Assembly (NCBI GenBank): GCA_963422735.1
Contig: OY730476.1
Location: 1,504,001 to 1,568,000 of the forward strand
DNA length: 64,000 nt
Reading direction: 5' to 3'
From: Candidatus Latescibacterota bacterium
GTDB lineage: Bacteria > Latescibacterota > UBA2968 > UBA8231
Below are positions 38,827 to 48,452 of this stretch, in pieces. A program made the translations under genes and the position numbers. How positions within the stretch are numbered: position 1 is the first letter of the stretch; every line of letters starts with the position of its first letter. Under the pieces are notes generated by a model. That model saw only the letters and a list, made by a program, of their open reading frames with translations. It was not told where the DNA came from and made no database searches.

Positions 38827-39593
38827 GCCCTTGGGTAGAGCGCGGCCAACTCCGCTTCGGGTACCGCGCTCAAGCCCGCGGCCGTCACCTGCACGACCTG
38901 GGGAAAGATATGCGCGGCCTCGCGGAAGCCTCCGGTAGCAGTGTCGTATTCAGCGGCCGTCTCCAGCATCTTGAGCACCAGCTCGACAGCCTGCTCCCCG
39001 GCCATTTCCCGCAGTGGCTGCGGCCCCCAGCGGTTTTGGTAGTACAGCGCACCGCGCACGATGTGTGAGCCCGACCCGGTGGTGCAAAAATCTACACACT
39101 CGAACTCGGCCCCCAAGAGGTCATAAAAGAAAATTTTGCCTTTTGCGGCCGCGTGGTCAAAGGCCGCGAAAATCGGCACCACTGCGCCAATCCCCTGTAT
39201 GGCCAACGGCAAGTTCTGGCGCAACAGCCGCGACAGAGTCCGCACCTTGCCGTCCAAACTCAGCCCTTGTAGCTGGCTACGGCGATAGTACTGCACCGAC
39301 ATTTCCAACATGCGCGCAATGTCCCATGCCACCGCCGGTGAGCCGGCAATGGCCATGACCGCTTCGTCGTCGATGATCAGCACTTTGTCGGCTCGGTCGT
39401 ACACCACCGAGTTTCCCATGGTGGCGCGGCGGTCGCCGGCTACCACCACCCCGTCGGCGCAGCGCACCGCTACAATCGTGGTGCCCTCGACCGGCTGCAA
39501 AGACGCTTCCGCAGCGACGACCGGGGCGGCGGGCAAGAGCTCTCGCTCCTTGAGCAGATCGAGAAAGTCGCAGCTTTCCATCGTTTCCATCAT
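38823..39593 (-). CDS. prcB: 20S proteasome beta subunit with propeptide
   Basis: PVEG|TTIVAV (N-terminal Thr nucleophile), AGDRRATMG, TGSGS, D.ATGG; likely ATG at 39593. Confidence 0.92.
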   Translation of the reverse strand: MMETMESCDFLDLLKERELLPAAPVVAAEASLQPVEGTTIVAVRCADGVVVAGDRRATMGNSVVYDRADKVLIIDDEAVMAIAGSPAVAWDIARMLEMSVQYYRRSQLQGLSLDGKVRTLSRLLRQNLPLAIQGIGAVVPIFAAFDHAAAKGKIFFYDLLGAEFECVDFCTTGSGSHIVRGALYYQNRWGPQPLREMAGEQAVELVLKMLETAAEYDTATGGFREAAHIFPQVVQVTAAGLSAVPEAELAALYPRA

Positions 39594-39602
39594 TTCAGTC
39601 CG

Positions 39603-39626
39603 CTCCCCTCGCCCAAGCAAGGGGAG
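39603..39626 (-). promoter_or_regulatory. Hairpin covering the prcB Shine-Dalgarno
   Basis: Minus strand CUCCCCUUGC-UUGG-GCGAGGGGAG; 10-bp stem ending 9 nt before the ATG. Confidence 0.55.
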
Positions 39627-39738
39627 ACCTTCTTGTGCTAAGGGTTGGTTCTCTTGCAATGCTCAATGTATGCGTCCTCAAAGGACAGGGCCATGTCGGC
39701 GAATTCTATGAGAGAAGAGGTCAGACAGGTCGTGACAG

Positions 39739-39927
39739 CTATTGTCCGGTGCGCTGGCGGTAGCGACGCGCCTGATTCGGATCTACTCGGCGCATCCGCT
39801 TGAGGATGTCGTCCGTGCTGGGGCGCTCGACCCTCGGCCGGCGCGGGCCGGCGTCTGGCTCCTCGCCGTCGTCGAGCGGCTTGGTCGGCCGGGGCGCGCG
39901 CTCCCGGTAATAAATAAAATCGCTCAT
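39739..39927 (-). CDS. ubact: Ubiquitin-like protein UBact
   Basis: 62 aa, disorder-prone; LKRMRRVDPNQARRYRQRTGQ C-terminus; sits between dop and prcB. Confidence 0.9.
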   Translation of the reverse strand: MSDFIYYRERAPRPTKPLDDGEEPDAGPRRPRVERPSTDDILKRMRRVDPNQARRYRQRTGQ

Positions 39928-41468
39928 GATGCCACCTCCGGTTTCGGGCTTCTACCCAGTTTGGCGAGCAAATCCTCGACGCTCGAAGCAGCGTCTAAGG
40001 CTTCATTATAATAAGCCGCTGTCTCCCTGCCGACACAAGCCTTGAGGTCAATGACCTCGGAGCGACCATCGAGGTCCAGCTCAATGCTGTCCCAATTGAG
40101 TGAGCGCACTGACGCGGAAAATTTCTGCAATATCTTGCCGCGGAAATAGGCCCGCGTGTCCCCGGGCGGATCGACCAACGCCCGGCACACCGCCTCCTCG
40201 GAGACAACGCGCTCTACTTGGCCCGCAGCCTCGAGCGTCGAGTACAACCCCTCAGTCGGGTCGATGTTGTGGTATTCGAGATCTTGGCTTTGCAGCCAAG
40301 CGCGGTCCTCCGGCCGTTCCCAATCGAGGCCCTCGGACTCGGCAAACGCATTCAAAAGCCACTTTTTGGTCACCCAATCGAGGCGTCCAATCAACTCTTG
40401 CGGGTCCCGCGCTAGGGAGTCCAACACGTTGCGCCAAGCCGAGAGGACCCAATCTGTCTCCTCGTCGCGGCCCTGAAAAACCCGCGTCGCCGCCGCCATA
40501 ATGGCCGTCTGTATCTCCAGTGCCGAACTCGACCCTCCCCCGGCCAAGGCCACCGGCCACTGCTGGGACTCGTCGCGGGAAATGGCCTTGAGCGCGCCAA
40601 TGGGATCGGCCAATGCAACCGCGGGCAACGCGCCGGTCTCTAGCAAGTCCAGCACCAAAGAAGCCGTGCCGACCTTGAGTGCAGTGGCGTATTCGCACAT
40701 GTTGGCGTCGCCGATAATTAGGTGCAGGCGGCGGTACTGCGCTGGATCGGCGTGCGGCTCGTCGCGGGTGTTGACCAGCGGGCGGCGGTGCATGGTATCG
40801 ACGCTGGCGATGACCTCGAAAAAGTCCGCGCGCTGGGCTAGCTGGTAGGTGGCGGCCCGCGCCCGGGCATCCTGCTCGACGCCGACCTTACCGGCCCCGG
40901 CAAAAATCTGGCGCGTCACCACAAAGGGCAGCAACCCGTCGATCACCTGCTGGAAGGGAATGTCGCGGCTGAGTAGGAAGTTCTCGTGGCAGCCGTAGCT
41001 GTGCCCCTCAAAGTCAGTGTTGTTTTTGTATAAGCGCACCACACCTCGGCCGCGGGCCGCGGTGCGCCGGTGTGCACACTGGAAGAGGATCCGCTCCCCG
41101 GCGCGATCGACGGCTACCAGGTCGCGGAGACTATAGCATTCTGGAGTGGAAAATTCCGGGTGGGTGTGGTCGTTGTACAGGCGGGCACCGTTGTGGACGA
41201 TCAGGTCGCTTTTGAGGTCTGCTAGCTGGATTGGGCGCTGGCGATCCTTCTGCAAGTGGACGGTCTCGTCCTTGTCGTTGCGGAGCGCGGCGACCTCAAA
41301 GCCGCGCATGTCGAGCCGTGGGTTTTCGAGCGCGTAATCCCAGAGGGCGACAAAATCTTGGTGCATATAGCAGCGGATCAGCTCCATGGACTCTACCACC
41401 ACATCCATGGACTCGCCCTCATCAACCTCGATGCCGTATTCGGTTTCTAGCCCGCAGAGCCGCTGCAT
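39924..41468 (-). CDS. dop: Deamidase/depupylase (Dop)
   Basis: GLETEYG, Dop-loop WDYALENPRLDMRGF, NGARLYNDHTHPEFSTPEC, LYKNNTD...SYGCHEN. Confidence 0.9.
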   Translation of the reverse strand: MQRLCGLETEYGIEVDEGESMDVVVESMELIRCYMHQDFVALWDYALENPRLDMRGFEVAALRNDKDETVHLQKDRQRPIQLADLKSDLIVHNGARLYNDHTHPEFSTPECYSLRDLVAVDRAGERILFQCAHRRTAARGRGVVRLYKNNTDFEGHSYGCHENFLLSRDIPFQQVIDGLLPFVVTRQIFAGAGKVGVEQDARARAATYQLAQRADFFEVIASVDTMHRRPLVNTRDEPHADPAQYRRLHLIIGDANMCEYATALKVGTASLVLDLLETGALPAVALADPIGALKAISRDESQQWPVALAGGGSSSALEIQTAIMAAATRVFQGRDEETDWVLSAWRNVLDSLARDPQELIGRLDWVTKKWLLNAFAESEGLDWERPEDRAWLQSQDLEYHNIDPTEGLYSTLEAAGQVERVVSEEAVCRALVDPPGDTRAYFRGKILQKFSASVRSLNWDSIELDLDGRSEVIDLKACVGRETAAYYNEALDAASSVEDLLAKLGRSPKPEVAS

Positions 41469-41476
41469 GAGCTGAG

Positions 41477-43186
41477 TCAGATCACCTGGCCGACGCGCTT
41501 TTCGGGTGCTTTTTCCGGCTGGGGCCTGACAGGCGTCACCCTCACCACGTTCTCCGGCTCGTAGTCGAGCAGCTTGAGCCAGTCCTCGACGCTGTCCGAG
41601 GGCGGGAACACCTCGTTCTCGCGGTATTCGGCCCGCGCCGCCCGCCGCAGATCCGCGCCGCGAATCCCGCCTTCGGCGTCGCCCTCGGCAATGGCGCGCT
41701 TGATTGCCATCTCCTTGGCCCGCGATATGACCGAGGCGATGATGGCTCCGGAAATCAGGTCGCCGCGATAGAGAACTTCTTGGCGGCCGCTGCGCAGCGA
41801 CACCTCCAAGAACTGGGCCTCTTCGCTTTTGGCAAACAACTCGTCTAGGCCCTCCTGTATCAGGGCCTCGCGTGCAGCCGCTTCGCCACCGTGCTGCTCC
41901 ACCTCGGCGCGATCGAGCGGCAGCTCGGGCTTGAGATAAATCCCTAAAATGTCGCCGGCCGCCTCGTAGTTGGGGCGCGCGACCTTGATCTTGCGGTCGA
42001 TGCGGCCGGGCCGGAGCACGGCCGGGTCGATCAGATCGTGGCGGTTGGAGGCCAAAATCAGCACCACGTCGTGCAGCGACTCAATGCCGTCCATCTCGCT
42101 GCAAAACATCGGCACGACCGTGTTGGAGATGTTGTGGCTGCGCATCGAGCGCCGGGTGCCCAAGATCGACTCAGCTTCGTCGATAAAGACAAAGGGCAAA
42201 TAGCCTTCCTTGCGCTTTTGGCGCGCCTGGGCAAAGACCTCGCGTACCATGCGCTCGGTCTCGCCGAGCCACATGTTGAGAATCTCCGGCCCTTTGATGT
42301 GCATGAAATACTCTTCCAACTCCAGTCCCTCGACCTCGCGCATGTGCTGCACCAAGTTGTACGCCGTGGCCTTGCCGATGAGGGTCTTGCCGCAGCCCGG
42401 AGGACCGTAGAGCAGGAAGCCCTTGGGCGTCGAGTACTCGAAGCGCTCGAAGAGCTGAGGGTGCAACGCGGGCAATTCAATGGTGTCGCGGATGGCCTCT
42501 ATTGCTTCGGCTTGGCCGCCGATGCTCTCCCAAGGGGTCGGGGGGACGTCCTCGATGAAGTACTCCTTGCTCTCAGCGGACTGCAAAACTTCCAGCGCAA
42601 CCTTGTAGGCCGGGTCCATCCGCACCTCGTCGCCGATTTGCAAATCCTCGTCAGCCAACTCAGCGGCGCGCTCCACGACCACCTCTTGAGTGCCGTGCGC
42701 TTGGGCGATCCGCAACCGGCCCCCGCCGAGCAGGTCGCCGACCTTGGCCACCGGCCCAGAGGGGCTGTGCCCCAAGTTGCCGACGACCGCGTAGGCTTCG
42801 TTTACCAGCACCCGGCAGCCGACCTTGAGCTGGGACGCATCGACGCGCGGGTCAATGTTGGCATAGTACTCGGCACTACCGACGAAGACCGTGGCAATCC
42901 CCTCGCTCGGCATTCCGAGGAAGATGCCGACGCGGTTGGCCGGTGCTGTCACTTTCTCTAGGGCGGCTTCCATCTCCACGAGAGCCCGGCGCGCCTCCTG
43001 AAAGGAAATCTCCCGCTCCATCAGCTGGCGTCGGAGGCGGTACAGCAGGGGCCGGGCCGGGTCGCGGTCTGGAGCCAGCGCGAGCAGCTGATCGACCAAG
43101 CGCAACGGCTCGGCAGTCTGCTCCTCCGGCTCTTGGTCCTTGTCGTATTCGTGCGATTCCCTTTTCAATTTTTTCAATCTTTTCAA
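41477..43186 (-). CDS. arc: Proteasomal AAA ATPase (ARC/Mpa)
   Basis: N-terminal coiled coil, OB-like region, LYGPPGCGKT, IKGPEILN, FIDEAES, SNR.DLIDPAVLRPGRID; TTG start with RBS. Confidence 0.92.
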   Translation of the reverse strand: MKRLKKLKRESHEYDKDQEPEEQTAEPLRLVDQLLALAPDRDPARPLLYRLRRQLMEREISFQEARRALVEMEAALEKVTAPANRVGIFLGMPSEGIATVFVGSAEYYANIDPRVDASQLKVGCRVLVNEAYAVVGNLGHSPSGPVAKVGDLLGGGRLRIAQAHGTQEVVVERAAELADEDLQIGDEVRMDPAYKVALEVLQSAESKEYFIEDVPPTPWESIGGQAEAIEAIRDTIELPALHPQLFERFEYSTPKGFLLYGPPGCGKTLIGKATAYNLVQHMREVEGLELEEYFMHIKGPEILNMWLGETERMVREVFAQARQKRKEGYLPFVFIDEAESILGTRRSMRSHNISNTVVPMFCSEMDGIESLHDVVLILASNRHDLIDPAVLRPGRIDRKIKVARPNYEAAGDILGIYLKPELPLDRAEVEQHGGEAAAREALIQEGLDELFAKSEEAQFLEVSLRSGRQEVLYRGDLISGAIIASVISRAKEMAIKRAIAEGDAEGGIRGADLRRAARAEYRENEVFPPSDSVEDWLKLLDYEPENVVRVTPVRPQPEKAPEKRVGQVI

Positions 43187-43217
43187 TCCGCTCCCCTCTT
43201 CAAAGCACGGGAAGATA

Positions 43218-43931
43218 CTAGTAGATCACGTCGCCGAGACGCCCATAGCGCACTCGGCTGGGCAGGCGCCAGACAAAGCTGGCCACCACCGCGGGTAGCG
43301 AACTCAAGCCACTGTAGTAAGGCCCGCGGGTGTCGGGCTCCCACGACCAATAAATATTCATAGCCTTACCCTTAATCAACCGCTTGGGTACGGCGCGAAA
43401 GTAGCGGCTGTCGGCACTGTTGTCGCGGTTATCGCCCATCATAAAGAAATGCCCATCGGGCACAATATAGGGGCCGAAATTGTCGCGAGATCCGCGCGCC
43501 GCCGGGAGCACTCTGCGGTCGGCGTACTTGGCCAGCGGGGGGTCTTGCACCGGCTCATCATCGACGTAGAGCACCTTGTTGATGATATGCACGCGTTGTC
43601 CCCCAACAGCGACGCAACGCTTGATTAAATCGCGCCTCCCGTCCTGCGGGGAGCGGAAAATGACGATGTCGCCCGGCTGCGGTTCCCTGAGCCCGGGCAA
43701 GCGAAATAGGGAAACGCTCGTCAGGGGCACATCGACCGGAACGCCGTAGATAAACTTGTTGGCCAGCAGGTAATCGCCCACCAAGAGCGTATCCTCCATC
43801 GAGCTGGAAGGGATGTAAAAGGCCTGCACCACACCGGTGCGAATGACCAGAAACAAACCCACGACCGTCAGTATAGAATACAGATATTGGCCAAATTCGG
43901 ACTTTTGCTTGGCGTACTTCATCCGCAGCAT
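43218..43931 (-). CDS. lepB: Signal peptidase I
   Basis: IPSSSMEDTL, DLIKR, MMGDNRDNSADSR. Confidence 0.95.
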   Translation of the reverse strand: MLRMKYAKQKSEFGQYLYSILTVVGLFLVIRTGVVQAFYIPSSSMEDTLLVGDYLLANKFIYGVPVDVPLTSVSLFRLPGLREPQPGDIVIFRSPQDGRRDLIKRCVAVGGQRVHIINKVLYVDDEPVQDPPLAKYADRRVLPAARGSRDNFGPYIVPDGHFFMMGDNRDNSADSRYFRAVPKRLIKGKAMNIYWSWEPDTRGPYYSGLSSLPAVVASFVWRLPSRVRYGRLGDVIY

Positions 43932-43980
43932 CTCCTCAGACCAGAGTATAATAAACTACCCCCCCAGCCGCCATTTGCGC

Positions 43981-44976
43981 TTACCGCTGCGGCACCTTCA
44001 CCACCTGACCGGTTTCCCAGCTTTCGATGAGCGCCTCAATTACGAGCTGGACCCGCAAGGCGTCCGCTCCTTTGGCATCCACCTGCGAGGGCGGGACTTG
44101 GTTTAGCAAGTCGTCGATCCAGGCGTTGATGCGAGCCGGAAAGGTATCCGCAAAGCCGCCCATGCCCCCGAGGTGATCGTAGCTTTCCACCTCGCGCGAA
44201 AAGCGCGGGTAAAACGTCAGCTTCTCGCAGGCTTCATTGATGATGACTCGTCCCTCCGAGCCGACCAGTTCCAAGGTCTCCAAGCCGTAGCTCCCCCCGG
44301 CGTCGTACGACCCGGTCAAATGCCCGATGACGCCATTCTCGTACAGCAGATTCGCCTGCACGTTGGACCAGATCTGCCGCCCTTCTCCTTTCTTGAAAAA
44401 GGCCTGTGCCCGATCCACCCCTCCAGCGAAATAGCTCATCACGTCCAGCGAGTGCGGGTGCAGGGCGCGGATGTGGAACCACGGGCTCGACTCGTTGGGG
44501 TTGTTGATCCACATCGTCATGTTAATTATCTGTAGCCCGCCGAGCCGCCCGTTGGTCAGCCATTCCTTGGCCTTGACGGCCGCCGGCGTGAAGCGGTGGT
44601 TCAGGTTGATCCCGTAGGGCAACTGCTTTTCTTCGGCCAAGGCCACCATCTCCCGCGCCTTGGAAATTTCATTGGAAATCGGCTTCTCGCCCAGCACCGG
44701 AATGCCGGCCCGCAAAAGCGCCATCGTCGGCTCGTAGTGATCGCCCCCGTTCTCCACCCCGGCCGTTGTCACCGAACAAGCGTCGAGCCGCAGGCCGCTA
44801 GCGACCATCTGTTCGACCGAGTAAAAGGCCTGTGCCCCGTAGCGCTCGGCCGCAGCATCCGCCTGTTTTTCGACCATATCGCACACGGCAACGACCTGTG
44901 CGTTCTCGTTTGCAGCGTAGCAACGGGCGTGATTGTTGCCAATTCCACCCATGCCGACAATCCCGATGTGAAGCAT
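43981..44976 (-). CDS. Gfo/Idh/MocA oxidoreductase
   Basis: GIVGMGGIG, VLGEKP, NHRFTP; likely ATG at 44976. Confidence 0.9.
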   Translation of the reverse strand: MLHIGIVGMGGIGNNHARCYAANENAQVVAVCDMVEKQADAAAERYGAQAFYSVEQMVASGLRLDACSVTTAGVENGGDHYEPTMALLRAGIPVLGEKPISNEISKAREMVALAEEKQLPYGINLNHRFTPAAVKAKEWLTNGRLGGLQIINMTMWINNPNESSPWFHIRALHPHSLDVMSYFAGGVDRAQAFFKKGEGRQIWSNVQANLLYENGVIGHLTGSYDAGGSYGLETLELVGSEGRVIINEACEKLTFYPRFSREVESYDHLGGMGGFADTFPARINAWIDDLLNQVPPSQVDAKGADALRVQLVIEALIESWETGQVVKVPQR

Positions 44977-44996
44977 CGCAAACTCCTTTTTAGTAT

Positions 44997-46061
44997 TTAA
45001 GCGGCCACTGGCATTGGCAGTTCCACTCCCAACTCGGCCGCCAAGTCCTCTATCTCGGCCCAAGCCGTCTCATCCACGTATAGACCATCGCGCCGCCGCG
45101 CCTGCAATCGCTGGTGTGCCCGCTCTCCGGGCAGCAACACCTCGGCCACTCCGGGAGCTGGCGGACACGACTTGACCCACTCGACAAAGCCCGCAACCTC
45201 GGCGTAAAACTCGTCCAATGGCAGGAAGGCCGCGACATTGAGCACGGCGATGAATAGCGCGTTGCCCGCGCGCTCGGGCGCTTCTTGCGTCATCCCGGCC
45301 CCGGAAAGCGACCCAGCCAAGATATCGACTAGCACGGAAAGCCCGTAGCCCTTGTGTCCGCTCTGTGGGAAACCGAGCGGCAAGATGGCACCAGCCGGCG
45401 GGCCATAGTACGCGTCCACACTCGTCGTCGGGCGGCCCTCTGCGTCGATCAGCATCCCGGGCGGGGCATCCTCGCCTCTGTTGCGCAAAAGCCGCATATC
45501 GCCGCCAGAAATCATGCTCGTCGTCATGTCTAGGATCACCGGCCACGCGCCGCTGGTGGGAATGCCGCAGCAGATTGGATTCGTTGGCAGGCGACGGCTG
45601 CGGCCGCCAAAGGGTGCCACCGACCAATCGCCGCCATGGCCATTGGCCGCAATGAGGCCGATGCAGTCGGCGCAGGTAGCCATCTCAGCGAAACGACCCA
45701 GCCGCGCCACGTGGTTGCAGTCGCGCACCCCAGCGACTGCAACCGCGCCATCGCCGACCTTGTCCAGTACCCAGCGCACAGCCTCGGTTGCCGTCACCGG
45801 ACCGTAGTTCCACTGGCCGCTCAGCCGCCCCCCGCACTCGCTTTCGTCCAACACCACCAACTCGGCCCCAGGCTCAACCTGGCCATCGCGCACCATGTTC
45901 ACGTATTGGGGTAGCCGCAACACGCTGTGGGTATCGTGCCCCATCAGTCCAGCTTCGACCAAGTGCTCGGCCACCAACGCGGCATCGGCCACGGGAACGC
46001 CGACCTGTCGCAAGCAAGCCCGCGCCAGCGCATCGAGGTCTTCGGCTCGCAAAGTGGGCAC
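44997..46061 (-). CDS. Ldh_2 family (malate/L-lactate/sulfolactate dehydrogenase-like) oxidoreductase
   Basis: GHDTHS..RLPQY, NHVARLG, PTNP, LDMTTS, GHKGYGLS; probable GTG start overlapping the upstream stop. Confidence 0.88.
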   Translation of the reverse strand: MPTLRAEDLDALARACLRQVGVPVADAALVAEHLVEAGLMGHDTHSVLRLPQYVNMVRDGQVEPGAELVVLDESECGGRLSGQWNYGPVTATEAVRWVLDKVGDGAVAVAGVRDCNHVARLGRFAEMATCADCIGLIAANGHGGDWSVAPFGGRSRRLPTNPICCGIPTSGAWPVILDMTTSMISGGDMRLLRNRGEDAPPGMLIDAEGRPTTSVDAYYGPPAGAILPLGFPQSGHKGYGLSVLVDILAGSLSGAGMTQEAPERAGNALFIAVLNVAAFLPLDEFYAEVAGFVEWVKSCPPAPGVAEVLLPGERAHQRLQARRRDGLYVDETAWAEIEDLAAELGVELPMPVAA

Positions 46062-47227
46062 TAGGGCCGCTCCTCGTCCCAAGCGTCCGCCACGACCAAC
46101 AGGGCGTTAGCTACCGGCCTTTCGCCCGTGGGATCGGAGGGCCTGTTGACCACCTGCTCACCTATGACCATCGTCGTCGAACCGCCGCCATCGAGGTTTA
46201 GCCCCTGATAGGCATTCGCCTTGGCGCGGGAAAAATCGGCCAAGCGCGTACGCATAAATTCGGCCAACTCCTGCAAGCTCATGCCAACGCTGTACCCTGG
46301 TTGTCGCCCATCGACCACAAGCAGAAAGAGCACCTGCTCATCTTGGGAATATCCAATGGCCGTGCGCGGATGCCGCTTGTCGGCGAAGCTGCGGCTGAGC
46401 TGCTCCTTTTCCACTTCAATCGATACTTCGCCGTCGCGTAGGATGCGCGGCCCCCCGCTGATGGCCTCCATCAACTTGGCGCGGGCCGGCAACAGCCGGC
46501 AATACAGTTGCACCGTGTCGCCCAAGGCGATCTGCTCTGTTGCATCGTATTCGGCACCAGCGGCCAACAGCCACTGGTCGCGCTGGAGGGAGAGCGGCCA
46601 AGCCTGCCGCCGGACTTGTTGGACCCAAACAGAGATCGTGTCGTTGGCAATGGAGGTGTTGCCCAACCCCTGCAACAGGAAGCCTATGGCCGCCTGTAGC
46701 GAATCCCCCTGCACCTGTGCGTGCTCGTTGAACACGGACAGCTCCCCCAGCGCTGGCTCGCGGTTAAAGCCCGCGACGCGCAGGTGGTCGCCCCCAGCCG
46801 CCAACAGACCCAATTCCATCTTGTACACTGCGATCAAGGGCTGGCCCGCCTCGGTAATAGCAAAGGCCGAGCGCCGCTGTGGGATGCGGATGAGGTCGCC
46901 GGACTGGATGTACAATCCGGCCGGCCGACCGGACTCGCTGGGAAACAAAAAGTCCCCGTTTACGGCCGCTAAGGCACCGGCGGCCAAGCTACTGGTCTTT
47001 TGCGCCTCCTCCTGCTTGGCCGTGCGCACGCGGATGCCCGCCGCCCAAGCACTCGGCAGATATACCTCCACTAGGTGTATCCGCCACGGTCCTTCGGGCA
47101 AATGGATCTCGTGGTACACTACCCCGGGCGCTAGCTCCTCGGTGTTTTCCCGGGCGCAGCTCCAGATCAAGCACCACGCGAAAATCGAGAGGATAAAGCG
47201 CGTGGACGCGCTGTGCGAAATAGGCAA
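46061..47227 (-). CDS. Phosphodiester glycosidase (NAGPA) family lipoprotein
   Basis: AAVNGDF, HPRTAIG, VVDGRQ, NLDGGGST, NRPSD..GERPVAN. Confidence 0.88.
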   Translation of the reverse strand: MPISHSASTRFILSIFAWCLIWSCARENTEELAPGVVYHEIHLPEGPWRIHLVEVYLPSAWAAGIRVRTAKQEEAQKTSSLAAGALAAVNGDFLFPSESGRPAGLYIQSGDLIRIPQRRSAFAITEAGQPLIAVYKMELGLLAAGGDHLRVAGFNREPALGELSVFNEHAQVQGDSLQAAIGFLLQGLGNTSIANDTISVWVQQVRRQAWPLSLQRDQWLLAAGAEYDATEQIALGDTVQLYCRLLPARAKLMEAISGGPRILRDGEVSIEVEKEQLSRSFADKRHPRTAIGYSQDEQVLFLLVVDGRQPGYSVGMSLQELAEFMRTRLADFSRAKANAYQGLNLDGGGSTTMVIGEQVVNRPSDPTGERPVANALLVVADAWDEERP

Positions 47228-47396
47228 AAGAGGCGTTCCTCAGCGGCAAGGGGACGAGTGGCATACGATGGTACCTCCTGTTAAAATCGCCCAAAGGTAG
47301 CCCTGCGCTACAACCGTGTCAATTTTTTCAGCGACTGGCCCAGCCGCAGGCCAAGCCCTTTATTTTATTTATTAAAAATTCAGAGAAAGGACGCCA

Positions 47397-48410
47397 ATGA
47401 AAGCCATACTCGTAGGGTTGGGCGGTAGGGGCCGCTATTGGCTCGACCAATGCCGGAAGCAGCGAGGCGTTGATGTGGTTGCCTGCGTCGAGCCGAGCGC
47501 ACAAAATCGCGAGCACGCGGTCGCACAATGCGCACTCGCCGAGGATTCCATCTACCGAGACCTCGGCGAGGCCCTTGCGGCCGTGCAAGCCGACTTCGTT
47601 CTCGACGTGACGCCGCCAGCCATCCACGAAGAAATCGCCATGCAGACTTTTGCTGCGGGCCTACACCTGCTTGGAGAAAAGCCCATCAGCGACCAGTACG
47701 AGGCCGCCCGGCGCGTGGTAGAGGCCGGCACCCAAGCCGGCGTCGCGCACATGATCACCCAGAACTACCGATTCAACGGCCTGCCGCGCACGACCCGCCG
47801 CCTGCTTACCGAGGGCCTCATCGGCCCGGTCGGCCAGCTCGATGTCTCGCTCTACGTCAATTGGGCCGACTCGCCCGGCTCACATTACGTCACCGAGCCG
47901 TATATGTTCCTCACCGACATGGGCATCCACCACTTCGACATGATGCGCTACGCCCTCGGCCAAGACCCGGTGAGCGCGCACGCCCTCACTTGGAATCTCC
48001 CCTGGGGCTGGCACCAAGGCGACGCGGCCCAGATGATCCTCTTCCGCTTTGCCAACGGCACAGTCGCCACGCACCGCGGCATCGGCTGCACGGTCGGCTA
48101 TGTCCCAGCCGGGCATAACGGCGAGTGGCGCTACGAGGGGCCGCGCGGCACCCTGACGTGGGAGGGCTTCGACCTGTACCACACCCACTCGCACCGCGCC
48201 GACCCCCAAATTCGGCGGCAGATTCCCCTCGACGACGATGGCGGCCAAGGCCAGAACTTGGTGCTGCGGGAATTCGTCGCCGCCATAGAGGAAGGCCGTG
48301 CGCCCGAGTGCAATGCGGCCGACAACCTCAAGTCCATGGCCATGGTTTTTGCCGCAGTCAAAAGCGCGGTGGAGGGCCGGCCCGTGTCGCTTGCCGAACT
48401 CGACGCCTGA
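47397..48410 (+). CDS. Gfo/Idh/MocA oxidoreductase
   Basis: VGLGGRG, LGEKP, QNYRF, DMGIHHFD. Confidence 0.9.
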   Translation: MKAILVGLGGRGRYWLDQCRKQRGVDVVACVEPSAQNREHAVAQCALAEDSIYRDLGEALAAVQADFVLDVTPPAIHEEIAMQTFAAGLHLLGEKPISDQYEAARRVVEAGTQAGVAHMITQNYRFNGLPRTTRRLLTEGLIGPVGQLDVSLYVNWADSPGSHYVTEPYMFLTDMGIHHFDMMRYALGQDPVSAHALTWNLPWGWHQGDAAQMILFRFANGTVATHRGIGCTVGYVPAGHNGEWRYEGPRGTLTWEGFDLYHTHSHRADPQIRRQIPLDDDGGQGQNLVLREFVAAIEEGRAPECNAADNLKSMAMVFAAVKSAVEGRPVSLAELDA

Positions 48411-48452
48411 GTGCCTTGCGCTCAACCACCCATTGCCGCAGCTTTTTTCGCT

